A DNA stretch of 64,000 bases from Kondoa subrosea (taxonomy: Eukaryota), in the NCBI GenBank assembly GCA_039545335.1, contig BCIN01000002.1, positions 62,001 through 126,000 of the forward strand, in the 5' to 3' direction. This document shows positions 51,908-64,000 of this stretch, one piece after another; the stretch's first letter is position 1, and each line of letters begins with the position of its first letter. The position numbers and the translations under genes are program-made. The notes beneath the pieces were generated by a model, which saw nothing but the letters and a program-made list of their open reading frames with translations, did not search any database and was not told the DNA's origin.

Positions 51908-53808
51908 CTAATGCGATCGTCTAGGCGAAAGAAGGTACTCGTTGACCCTTTTGAGTATTGAGCGAGAAGGATTGAGTTGGCTATTAGTGCTTTGAAGTAT
52001 TCGCTGGAGCTGCAGTCTGACACTAGCTTTGTCTATGGAGCCGTGACTGTCAAAATATATGCTGAAAGCCAACAATTAAAAGCTGACCCAGCTTAACTTC
52101 TTCCTTGTATACCCAATGAACTGCAGTGGCAGTCAAGAGAATATCAGTCAAGAGGATATTCTATCAGAAGCTGACACTTACCTAGTAGTATTAGAGCAGT
52201 AGCGATCATGGCATCTTGACCGTCCTTTCCGAGTGAAGGTGATGTAGCCAATATCACATGATCTTTCTTCGATAGTCTTTGAACCAGCGCAGGCATCATC
52301 TTGAAGAGTTCATCAACACCTTTCTTTCCATTCGACAGAGATATGCTATTTCCTGTAGCTACTTCATTGCTGGAGACGAAAAGCAGACCATCTATAAGTT
52401 CAAAGACAGGTTGACAATGCAACCAAAGTCTAGTTTTGCCGATTCGAGTTGCTTCTAGAGCCTTAAGAGAAGACGAAAGAGAAGTTCGAGATACCACATC
52501 TTGTGTCAGAGCGGGTAGCTCTGTTCTTTCGCAACCAAGCAATTGGGACCGATATTGCCAGTATAGCGCAGGCGTAAGACCCTGTGAGAAGGTCAGCAAG
52601 ACTTCATAGACGCGAAGATAGACAGACATTGCTCCATAACTCATGATCGTCTCCGCTCTATCGGTAAATCAGCCGTGATCCTTTACTAGCATTGCGAACT
52701 TACACCCTGAACATAATAACGCTCAACGCTGACTTGATCCAGGGAAAGACACCGACTAGCGGAAAGGCAGATCACAGGATGCACCTCTTTCGGAATCTCG
52801 AGATGATCAAGATCCGTTACAGGCGAAATGAAGATCGGCTTTAGAGGTTTTGTAAGCGATAAAAGTACAGAAAGATCATAAGCCGAGTCCTGCTGAACGT
52901 CAGACCAGTATTGTAATGCGATCGATTCAACTCACTATCAGGACCTGGGACCATTTGGGAACGCGAGCCTTGATCTGCGCATGCTCTGAAGCTGAGACTG
53001 CTTCGATAGGTGTATTGAGATCATAGTCTTGCTTTTCCCACTTCAATGATGGATTGGATTGTAGAACAGCAGCATTGAGAGTCGCACACCAGATCGGGAT
53101 CGATTTTGACAAAGCATCCGGGAACCGCTGTAGCATCGCCTTGCTCAATTATCTCTCGAGAAATCATGAATCAATACCCCTACCTTGCCTCTTCGAGTGG
53201 AATCGATTAGGATAATCCTATATCGACAGATCAGCTTCCATTGAACTCGACTTAAACCGACTGACCCGTCATGCTCCTTTATAGCACTCAGAAGTTGTAG
53301 ATTTGCTCTCCTGAGGTTATAGTTCCATTCACCATGGTGACCATCGGTAGACTTGAAATAAGCCCAAATGTCCAATGCCTTCATCCCTGTTCAGCCGCGA
53401 CCTCGCGCTTCTAGTAATTTACTCACCTTGGCTGGATTGGTGTACCAAGCACCACAGCGCTGGTTCGCTGTAGCATGCTAATAATCGTGATCCCACAAAT
53501 GTTGTAAACTTACCGATCAAAGGTAGGCCCAATCTATCAGATACAGCATCGACAAACTTGCTGTCCAGATCAATAGAATGAAGACGATTGTATCTGTCAT
53601 GTCGCATGCATTGATTTATCGCACAGGCGGAAAAGCAAAGGGAAACGAACGGGTCAAGTAATTCTGAACGCAGAGTTGCTCGTGTTTCTTTCAGCGAAGG
53701 AAGCAGAGATAGATCTGACAATGAAGAGACAATGTCTGAAGCCTCGCATGAAATTTCTGGAGAGTCGAGCGATGCAGCGGAATCAAGAAAATAGACAGAA
53801 CTCTGCAT
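51908..53808 (-). CDS. RIT1: Initiator tRNA A64 2'-O-ribosylphosphate transferase
   Basis: YNRLHSI, NQRCGAWY, AYFKSTDGH.GEW...LRRANL, DSTRRGKRFPDALSKSIPIWC..LN, KPLKPIF, YVQG.GDDHE.W..GLTP and NPSR..LKRVNEYL. Confidence 0.95.
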
Positions 53809-54543
53809 AAATAGAGTAGCAAGAGATGAAAAGAAGATAACAGAGATATTCAGACGCGGTCGTATGCGCTGAGGCAAGAGCAAATATCGATTATTCCGCA
53901 ACACGAAGGTTGCTCTTGAACAACGCATTGGCCTGTCCGAAAGCCAAGATTTCAGGCTGCTCTGTCTGCCTGATATCCTAATGATGTCCCGCGGCCAACT
54001 TAAGACTTTTAACAGCTTGCTTTGATGCTGCATTCGATAAAACACGACTTTTGTTCGGACCCTCGTGATGAACGCGTACCATGCTGCTCTGATTCACACT
54101 GCCTTGTCGCTCTGCTCCCTATCTTACTGTTCGTTGAAAAGTGTTCGCTGTTGTTGTGTCCTGTCATCTACCTTTTATACTGAACTTTGACCATGCCCCT
54201 GGGTTCCCGCCCATTGGTCGCCGTCAGATGTATCACATCGCAATGCTAGATGCGCATACCAAACAGATCAAAGCTGTATCTCAGGACTGAGCTGTTTTAA
54301 GTCACGAAGTCATGTTGTATATTACTGGTCGCTTGCTAGTCGTCTTTGATGGATAAAATAGCTCTTGTGGTTTGAAGACTGCCTGATACTTTGAAACGTC
54401 AATCGCCTTTGTGCCTTGGAAGAGAAGTTCGGTTCTTTACCTGGCAATCCTCGTAGAGAAGTTGCTTCTTTCTCCCTCTCTTACCTTGAGGACGATCTCG
54501 CTTCGTCAGCTGTCTGCATCTTCACTCCAAGCCAATCTTCAGC

Positions 54544-55421
54544 ATGACTACTCAAGGCTCTGCCAATACCACTCAAAGCTCTGCCAGTATACAAGTTGCT
54601 CTCTTCCAGCGAATTGGAAACGAGCTGCTTACAGATGCAAACACCGTCGACGCAAACAACGTTCTCGTTATCAAGCGCCTACGTAGTGACTTGAAAAGTT
54701 TGGTAGAGATCCTGCTGCATAAAGCTCATAGCTTCTCGGTTTGCCTTTCAGACCTTTCCCTATAGTCAAGCTAATATAGCTTATTAGTTGGACCACCTGG
54801 AAAAGATACCCCTATATGTCAGAAATATCATGAATCGAAGTGATTACGGCATACGCGCCAATGGCACCATTGAAGCCAATACAGTGTCTCTCTACATCCA
54901 GCATCATTTTACGAAGATCCTACAGCTGAGCCCCAACGTTGGCAATGGGATTGACAATGAGATTGCTCAACATGTACGTACTTCCTCCAGCCGATTTCTT
55001 CGTGAAGGGTCCACTCTGAAACTTCCCCTGAAAGGTACATCTCATGGTCCAATTGTATATCAGCGCTTGCGCAGCTTTCTTGCTTGAGATCTATATGAAA
55101 AGTTATGCTGGAATGGATCATCATAGTTCCGCAAAAGCTGTGGAAGACGCAATTACTGTGCGCCCGAAAGTCTGTTTATGGCTTGATAACTGATTTGCAA
55201 AACAGGAATTCACCAGATTCACTAACACCTTCATGATACGGCGACTGTTGTCACTCAGATTCGGGCTTACAAAAAGCCATGCAGGAGCTCATGAACATCT
55301 TGGCAAAGTCGAACAAGTTTTTAAGAATTTCGCATTGGATGAAAAGTCCAAGTTCTCAAAACAGGGTCATGTTGCTCATGTTAAGGAACTTGTCTCAGCA
55401 TTGCGTGCATTGGAGAATTAG
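54544..55421 (+). CDS. Hypothetical protein
   Basis: Successive open segments on the + strand separated by intron-like gaps. No family recognised and the exon structure is unresolved. Confidence 0.4.
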
Positions 55422-55941
55422 ACTACTTTGTCTTTATTCGGATACCTGTAAATAGCTCCATGATCAACAACTATATGAATGTACTTCTCTTTTAGATCAC
55501 TGATTTTGCGCAACAGAGCATTTCACGCTCTTCTGCACCCAATTGACTTCGAGAAGTTTCCTCAAGATATGAAGAACAACTGTTGCACAACGCGTCCTGG
55601 GTGGGATCGCCTTGGTCTTTGAGAGACAACTGATGGAGAGAAGCATCGGAATGCTGATTCGAGAGAAGTCTTCAGCCCAAACTACCCAAGACTTGCGCTT
55701 CGCATGAATCACTCTGTCAAGCAAGATGCCTGCCGAGAGCGAAGAAAGTCAAAACGAAAAGGTTTCATATTCATATCTATTGCGTCGATATGAAGCGACA
55801 GAATGCGAAATAGACAGCGTGCTGAATGAACGCAGCAGTAGAGAACAATCAAGCTACAGAGGCAGAGAAGAAGCACGGTCGCCAGGCTGCGAAGTTCATG
55901 CACATTATAATTTCGCGCAAGGGTTGCTCTCCAACCAAGAC

Positions 55942-57021
55942 ATGTCTGAATTGGAAGACATCAAGCCTACTCTGCCCGCTCCCACAACTGCAGATGACGA
56001 TCAAGTGATAGACGATGAATCATCAGCCAATACTTGGAAACGGCCTGCACCAAAAACGAATGAAAGTAACAATGTCGAGCAACCTGAAGCGAAGAAAGTC
56101 AAAGTCATGGATGATAGAGCTTCAAGACAAAGAGGTGCAAGAATGTTTGGCATGCTTAAAGGAACTTTAAACAAGTTTAAAGAGGAGAACAAGAAACAAG
56201 GGACGAGTGAAGCTTCCAAACGTAGGACTGCTTTGGAGTCTCGTTTGAATGCGAAATTGAGAGCTGAGCAAGAGTTGAACGAGAAAAAGACTAACAGAGC
56301 TAAACTGGAGAAGAGCTTGAGACTGGATGTCAATCGGAAAATCGAAGAAAAGCAATTACTCGATAACATTGTACGTCTGCCTATATCCTGTGTTTCGTTG
56401 TGATCCTAACTGAATGTTTACTGTCGTTTAGTACAAGAAACGACAAAGCGCAGCTATTCATTTAGCTCATTTCTTAGTTACCTCTCACACAAACAACGCA
56501 AACCCAAGCGCCTCTTTAGCAAAACGACCACCTCTTTCTACTTCTCATCCTCTTCATTCTTCACCTGCATTAGATCCTGCACCTATCTATTATCTGCCCT
56601 ACAAATTGACTTTGGCTCAAGAGCGATTAGTAGATGATCAGGTTGATGCGGCTAAGCTGAAGGTTAATATCTCATAAAGACAATTCAAGCTCTAGTAGCT
56701 GACCATTGATTATGTATGCAGGTCGAAAATGAGAAAGAAGATTATGCAGCAAACGAAGGTGCAGCGAGAGAAAAAGAAATTGAAGATTTGAAAACAAAGA
56801 GGGATCAAGGCATGGAAGAAATTGAGCGTGAAGAAAGAGAAGAAAGAATCATTCGAGAAAGAGCAGAAAGGGATAGAGAAGAAGCTGAACGACCTGCTGC
56901 TGCTACAAAAGTGATTGAGAGAGCTGCTAGTGAAGCTGCTTCGACGACGAAAGAGGATACACCGATGAGAGCTGCTACACCTCAACAAACTCAAGAGGGA
57001 GAAGAAGCTGTCGAGTATTGA
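55942..57021 (+). CDS. Pinin/SDK/memA-domain protein
   Basis: RQRGARMFGMLKGTLNKFKEE, RR..LE.RL..KL, LAHFL.T, PIYYLPYKLT..QE and a charged C-terminus. Confidence 0.85.
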
Positions 57022-58025
57022 TGGATTTGTTTTGGCTTTGAAAAGGGTTGTGAGTCAATCTGTCTTTGGCTTATAGGTGGAGCTGATATCATTATTAGAA
57101 TGTAAATGTAGTCGGTGCAAGTTCAGACTCTCTTTGCGCTGATTTTAGCTTCATGGACGAATGAGCTGAAAAACTTGGACACGACGGTAAGTAAGTCGAA
57201 TTGCTTGTTCTCCTGTTAGCTTGTCGAAATCAGTCCAATAGAGCGTTGTCTTGTTCTCTCGTTCTGCTCTCGATGACATGCTTGACCTTGTCTTTCCTCT
57301 TCTCTTATGACCTACTATTTTCTCTCCTGTCGATGCGTTCTCTGCTATGTCCTTGCTTCGCTTTCACTCTGCATATCTCAAAGATACCTGTATTTGATGT
57401 GCTGACTGCTCTAGGGTGTCTATGTACCAAGGTTACCGTATAGTATTCAAATTGTAGTGCCTGCAAGGAAGAGCGTTTCAATTCAAATTTGTGTTAGGCA
57501 GTTCATCAGTACACTGTAGCATAAGTATTACACATAATGACAAATATATCGGCCCAAAACCAGCTCGCCGGTTGTCCTTGATTTTCATGCAATTCACTGC
57601 TTGTCCTGCACCACGACTTTTGACTTATTCTCGCTCTTCTTCGCTTCTGGACTGCTTACCATACACTGCTATACCCTCACTTGCTCTGCTCTCCTCTGCT
57701 GTCCAGTCTTGGGCTGAAAAAAAAAAATCAGAAATTGTGTGAACCCGTTTCCATTCTTACGTAAGCTATCCGGTCTATCTTTCTCTATCTGCTCTCTGCT
57801 CTACTCTACACGATGAATATCATGTTGGCACCAGGCTCAAGTCTCTGCTTAGGCATGCTCATTGAGGTGTCTTCGCTTTTGACGCTGTGGACACCAAACC
57901 CCGGAAGAATAGATCTTTTAATATACATATACGCATTCTTTCCTGAATCTCCTTTGCTTTCTTATTTAAAGTTTTGTCGGAGAAGAAAGAACGAAATGCT
58001 GATATTTGGTGTTCGATTGGAACAG

Positions 58026-59739
58026 ATGCTTGGGCGACGTCTTTATTCAGTCCAGAGAACGATAGATCAGTCTTTTGATGTCCTACCAAGATTCTCAGCA
58101 AAAGGCAACCAGCTTCGGTTATTGCAAAGTCCAACACAATTTCATGATTGGTTGCTTGTAAGGCGCGCCTTGTTTGCAGCCGGTTGTATATTCTCAACTA
58201 ATACGCCTATGATAGCATAAAATAGGTACTGCAAAGAAGAGGCTCGTTTTCGCTACTCTTTACCTTGGAAAAGAAGAGGATTCACTTGTGGGATATGGTT
58301 TCTCGCACCTCAGTCTTGATCTGATTGTGCTGGGATCAAATGCACAGATCGCTGCTGTTCATTCCGCTCTGAAGAAGAACCCTGCTTTGACTTTTCACTA
58401 CGTTTCGGATTTTCTCCGTTCGACACGAGAATCGCCAAAGAAATGCTCTGCCTCTCTATTAGCTCCTCTCAAAGCCTCTTTTCCTGATCGAGTCTTCCTG
58501 AGCCTGTATCATACACCTAATTTGAACGGATTGACGAAACGACTCGTACCGAGACGGTTTGATGAAGGATGGGGTTTATGGCATGCAAAGGCTTATATAG
58601 CGGACGATGATGTGTTGATATCAGGGTGTGTAGTCTTGTTGCAATGTGAATATCGTTCTTACAAAACGGTATCAGAGCCAATCTTTCGAAAGACTATTTC
58701 ACTAATCGACAAGATCGATACATGCATGTCTCTTCTCATGCTGAACTAGCAAACTATTTTCACGATTTCATTCTTACTTCTCAATCCCTTTCTTATACTC
58801 TCGATGGTCAGCAATCCATCACTTGGTCCGAGTCGAACAAAGTACCAGAAGCTACTTGGTCTTCCGTTGCCGAGAACAAAGAGAAAGCAGCTGAACTGTA
58901 CAAAGGCTTGCAAGCTCGTTGGATCAGTAATGATCTAGCAGAAGGAACAGATACTCTAATCAGACCGTTCTTGCAAATGGGGCATTATGGGATAAGAGAA
59001 GAAACGGATCTGTGCGTTCTCTTTCATATATACAGTGCACACAGGCTGAGTCCTTGTAAATAGAGTCGTTCCGCAATTACTGCGATTAGGAGAAGAAGAA
59101 GGCGTTGGCAGAATTGATTGGACTTCTGGTTATTTCAGTTTGGATCAGACAAATCAGCGACGGCTATTGGATAGTCCTGTCAAACAGATCAAAGTCGTTT
59201 GTGCTTCTCCTAGAGTCCGTCATGTATTCGTATTTGGTAAACCAGAACTTTCGCTAACATTGGATGAAGGCAAACGGATTCTTCGAAAGCGCTGGAGTCA
59301 GCAAATATATCCCGCCTGCATATACTAGAGCGGAACAGCGGTTTTGGACCGAAGTTGAGCGAAGAGGGTTGAAAGATAAGGTCGAGCTACGCGAATGGGG
59401 AAGACAAGGTTGGACTTATCATGCGAAAGGTGTGTCAAATAATATTGAAGATGCTCAAACTGATGTATTGGAGTAGGAATTTGGCTTTCTGAGAAAGATC
59501 AACCTTTTGCTACTGTTATTGGTTCTTCGAATTATGGACCGCGATCTGCTACGAGAGATATGGAAGCGAATCTTCTAGTCACCACGACAAACAATGACCT
59601 GAAACAACAACTTGGAGATGAGGTGAAGAGGATAAGAGAGTATACGGAAGTAGTTAATTCCACGACTTTCGAGCGACCGGATCGAAAAGTTGGACGAGGT
59701 GTGAGGTTTGCTGCTTGGTGTATTCGTGATATGCTGTAA
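58026..59739 (+). CDS. PGS1: Phosphatidylglycerophosphate synthase (PLD superfamily)
   Basis: DFLRSTRE, LYHTP.L, PRRFDEGWGLWHAKAYIADDDVLISGANLSKDYFTNRQDRY, ASP.ANGFF.S.GVS and WTYHAKGIW...T.IGSSNYG.RS..RD.E. Confidence 0.95.
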
Positions 59740-60037
59740 AGGACTGTTGTTCATGTTGAGAGAGAGATGGAGTGAGGGTGCGTCATTACTCTTAATCCGT
59801 TCAAACCATTTCGCTAACGCTGCTCAGCTGCTGCCAGTGTAATGTGCATATCCTGTGCAAGTCTGCGTGCCCTATGCATGTCATACGTTATGCCATTATT
59901 CATCTACGTCAGCGACGATGTAGAGAATTGCGGAATGTTCCTTCTCGCTTTCACGTAATTCCCTTGCTTCCATTCTTTTTTTCGCTTCTCTGCTTTTCAG
60001 GCTTGTTTTGCTTCAACCGTCTTCAGAATTCAGGACG

Positions 60038-61558
60038 ATGGTCCGGTATTTGGATATTCGTCCAAGCGACTTGGCTCAACAGCTTTTTCCACACAAGGCA
60101 GAACAATATTTACTCGTGCCTAGAATTTCCATGGGAGGACGCGGACGCGGCAGCGAATGCTATCTGTGCAAGACTGAGCGTCAGTGATCTTCTATTGCGC
60201 TCAGGCATCGTACTCAAAGTCATGCTCTCAGTGAGGAAGCCCTGCGAATTGGAAAAACACCTCAAGGCTCACGAATTATGCCGCGAAGCTATCAAGTATC
60301 TGACTGTCGTGATCCTCAGACCTGAGCAAGCAGCTCTTCGGTCTCCTTATGAGGCTGATGCGGTTTTGTCAGGCAATGCTGGCAGCGAATGCATGCTCTT
60401 CACTGAATTTCAGCAGCTTGTCGAACTTGATCAGCAGGCAATTGATAATGGCTGGCGAGATGCAAAAGTCTTGTGCGCCTCTTTTCTTTTAATGCACTAA
60501 GTATTTGAACTTCATATTCATCAGCGGACTTTGGTTTCATGACACTGCCCTCGCAGATGCCATTCCTGCCATTCCTCAACCAGTGTTTACTGCTGTACCT
60601 CGCAAGCCTCTACTACCTCCAGCCTCTGCGCGGTCATCCCAAGCTGGCAGATCAAGCAAGGTCAGTTCTACTAAACGGGCTGCTGTACCGTATGCTCGGC
60701 CCAAGCCTCAAGAAGCAAGAAAGTTGGACAAGAAGCAGGTTACGAAGATTGTACCTGTACCTCCTCAGGCCGGCGATCTATCAAGTGTAAGCATTATTTT
60801 GCCTTGTGGACTTCACTGACTTGTTGCCGAAGAGTCTCACACCTCAATCCCAATCAAGTGAATCCCTACACAATTCCTCTAGTCGAACACCTTCAGCTCA
60901 TCTGCCTTCACCTCGACCTCAGACTCCCATCGATTTCCCGCCGCCTCCGCTTTCTGCTTTGCGGAATCGATTAAAGCGCAACAGTAAGTCCACAAACGAC
61001 GCTCATTCTCACAACTTATGTGATTAACAGCTGGCGCAAGAGCCAACGAAATTCCAGTTGTCTCGCCTGCTCGAGATATATCGAACGCGGAGAAGAGCTC
61101 TGCGCCATCTCAACCAGGTCTTCCACAACAAGAGCAGGTAATCAGAGAGCGTTCTCCCTCTGTGATCGCATTGCCTGATCCTATATTAGAAGATGGTAAG
61201 CTACAAGTATGTTCTTATTTTCCCGAGCCTGATTCGCTCCCTGCATGTAGATAAGTCACAAGTCGTCAAAGAACCGCCGGAAATGGTCAGTGATGTGTGC
61301 GCCGATGATCTGTCGCTCAAATCGAATTCTATCTAGAAAAATCTTCGTACTTTCTTAAGACTCCGTGGACGCTTTCCCAAATGTAAAGAAGCCTACAAGA
61401 TGATGGAGCTCGAGCCGGGTTGGGATTTGGAATTGATGAGGCTACAAGGTAATGGCGACCGATTGAGAGCGGAGATGGAGAAGACATTCCCAAATATGCA
61501 GTCATCTATTATTGGCGCGGTCGTTGCTGCATTCTGCAAAGAGGGAGATTTCAAATAA
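60038..61558 (+). CDS. Orphan protein with a C2H2 zinc finger, Pro/Ser-rich linker and C-terminal helical (SAM-like?) domain
   Basis: Removing a 52-nt GT-AG intron (about 60180-60231) gives CYLCKTELRKPCELEKHLKAH (C-x2-C-x12-H-x3-H). The last exon reads NLRTFLRLRG...AAFCKEGDFK*. Confidence 0.65.
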
Positions 61559-61652
61559 GGCGTGTTCAGGGTTGTGTATATTCTGCTTTGTTTGGTCAAT
61601 GTTGTGTGCTTTGCTTGGATTATGTAATATTGGTTGCTCCCAAGGTCTAATC

Positions 61653-62722
61653 TCAACAAAAGGCTACTATAATGAAAACGAATGCTGCCCTAGTTCCTCT
61701 TCTATCTATTGAGACTTGACCGAGTTTCTGGCACAGTACATACTGCGAGGTAACATTTGCGTGCAAGACGCTGACGCAGGATTGGCTAAAAGTAAGTTGG
61801 CCATCAATCAGTGCGTCAGCAATCAGCAGGAACGACTCACAAGAAATGAAGAGTCCGTTCGCAGCATTATAAATGCAGGTCTTGGTTGTATCAGTACCGA
61901 AAGCTTCGGCGGTGACTGTGAACTCGTGTTTGTTCAATAGCTTGTAATCAAGACGAAGCGCTTACATGAGCACGCCAATTGAGCATCATCGTACCGGCTG
62001 CTGAGACTACCTCTTGCGAAATAGTCACCATTATCTCTTCTCACACAGGAATTGTAGCACTGGAGAGACTCAGCAAGGAACAGAGGAAGGCCAAAAAGAC
62101 CCTTACTAAATCACCAGTGGTGAGAGCAACTGTGTTCTGTGCGGGACAAATCTGAGTGGTGATGCCAGCGGTAGCTTGTTGATAGTTCAATTCGCCCGAA
62201 TCGCCGTCATATTCGCAGTAAACTGTATCTACTGACCCACCGCTAGCGGCTGTGCATCATCGTTTGGTCAATGCTTGTTGCCATGTGTCAGCTGGGTTTC
62301 GCGTACCAGGATTCAGTCGCTGGTAGACACATAGGACCAGGTTATGTTTGTTGGGGGTCTCGGCAGCGTATTTCTCCGCGGCTTCAAACGACTCTGTGAA
62401 CGACAGGAATCAACTAACTATCGTCGAACACCGGAAGCAAACAAACGCGCAAAATCTTGGCCAATATCGGGGCATAGAATATATTGGCTGGTGGTCATTG
62501 TAGGAACAGCAGATGAGCCGGCTTGTCTGGCAGTCAAACGTCTTGTGCCACTTCGAATAGCAGCGGTGTCGACCTGCACAATTTCATTTGACGATGCAAG
62601 GAAGACGATTGAAGTAACCATACCTGACGCTTTGCAATGACATGGGCAACATCGTCAGTTGATAAAGCATTGCTGAAGATGGCCACGTTTGTGAGAACGG
62701 CGAAAAGAAAAGAGAAATGCAT
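61653..62722 (-). CDS. Secreted Cys-rich protein with internal CxY repeats; 3' end approximate
   Basis: Signal peptide MHFSFLFAVLTNVAIFSNA and a Kex2-like KR site. Repeated LCVY / YCEYDGDSG / TCIYNAANG and SQYILCP / SQYVLCQ. Confidence 0.6.
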
Positions 62723-63077
62723 AGTATTAGTAAAGAAAGTGGATGCTGTGTGAGCGTGATGTATATAGAGGAAAACTAGTTTAGCTGTGGAACGAAGAAG
62801 AACGGACGACAAGCCTCGACGGGATGTGAGGAGCACGATGCTTCGACAAAACAACCTTGAGCAATCATGGGTCTAACGAGAAACGCGCCAAGGCGGGAAA
62901 GTGTTCTTAAAGGTCGAATATAGTTTGAAGCTATCTCCTCGCTTCACAACAAATCCATCTAGGTTGAGGCCGGCCCAAGCTGTGCGATTCGCATTGAAGG
63001 CAGCCGTCAGAGACATTCTTGAAAAAATTCTGGATGTCGTCGTGTGCGGAGCTGAACTTGCATTTGGGGCACGTAGC

Positions 63078-64000
63078 CTAAATCCATTGAGTCAGAACGG
63101 ACTCTACTTGATGAGATGAGAAGCCGACATTACTTACAGCTGGAGTTGTATGATTCCCTCCAAGTATCGCCGCGTGTTGGTTTCTGGTCGGACGCGGACT
63201 TGGGAGTTCACCAGGTCTGATTCCATTCCAATTGTGGATATAATGAAAAGCTTGCGGATTTTCGACTTTGTGGTAACCTCGAAGATTATGCTCAGGGTGG
63301 TAGTTGTCCGGATTGAATTTAGGATGATACCCAGTGGACGCAAAAACCTGGTATCCAAACTCATTGCTTTTAGCATGGTGAAGGTGAGGATTATGTAGAG
63401 GATGAAAAGCAGTCTTGTTCATAGACGGATGGAAAGCCTCTGGGTTTTTGAGTGGATGGAAACCTTCTCTGTTCAAAACTGGGTGATATTATGTTGAGCG
63501 TGTACTGGATGATACCCCGTAGGGTTGTCTGGTCGCCATAAATCAGGGTCAAATCAGCAAGTTCTTTCCAATTGATATTGGGATTGAAGTCAGGATGAAA
63601 AGCCACTTTGTTCAATTTTGGGTGGTATCCTTGAGGGTTCTTCTCTGGATGAAATTCATTTGCGTTATACGTTGGATGGAAGTTGTATGGGGAATGAATA
63701 GCATGGTAGCCTTTTAGATTATCTGGCCGCCAAGCATATGGATCTTGAAGCTCGATCTTCTTGTAATATTCATGTTGAAGCCTCATCTGAGGCTCCTCTG
63801 CTGCCATTCGATCTGGTGAGCGAACGAGTTTAGAGAATCTGCCATCTTCTGCTCGAATAGAATGAATAGAATGGTCACCGAAGGCGAAGGGAAGAGAATC
63901 TTGCATAAAGATAAGTCTATTACTCTCCAAAACCGTGGATGAAGGAGGGTAAAAGCTCGATGAGAAGATCTCTTCGTAATGGCAAATGAGAAGAAAGGGA
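63078..64000 (-). pseudogene. His-rich 9-residue repeat protein ([FY]HPxxNxxx)n interrupted by two -1 frameshifts; 5' end beyond the window, 3' end uncertain
   Basis: The repeat register continues across three reading frames, with shifts near 63552 and 63489. This could be a pseudogene or assembly indel errors. Confidence 0.65.

Noticed and set aside
57022..58025. ORFs or ncRNA in the pinin-PGS1 spacer
   Set aside because: Pyrimidine-rich sequence with short, low-quality ORFs and no supportable structure.

Overview
Gene-dense, intron-rich eukaryotic DNA. Most introns are about 45-65 nt, with several GC-AG donors and micro-exons. The gene content points to a basidiomycete fungus; a narrower taxon cannot be established from the sequence. 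About 35 protein genes or gene models can be reconstructed by hand-splicing. CDS coordinates are gene spans including introns. Housekeeping genes include AsnRS, an X-family DNA polymerase, GGPP synthase, Nop53, Hub1/UBL5, a G-alpha subunit, Dsn1, Ap4A phosphorylase, Oma1, a pseudouridine glycosidase-kinase fusion, CCT8, MCU, PMR1, a DsbA/FrnE-like protein, Rit1, pinin and Pgs1. The most unusual region is 27.6-33.9 kb, where two tandem cassettes share homologous flanks but carry unrelated middle genes, resembling two divergent alleles or idiomorphs joined head to tail. The left flank is the Dsn1 upstream region and the right flank is the Ap4A phosphorylase gene. The middle gene of cassette 2 appears to be a paralog of a C2H2-finger orphan at 60 kb. 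Other notable items are an RS-domain-fused Hub1, a His-rich 9-mer repeat gene with two frameshifts, an HD-domain protein lacking its HD dyad, and a 2-nt micro-exon. No tRNA, rRNA, CRISPR array or transposon could be supported.
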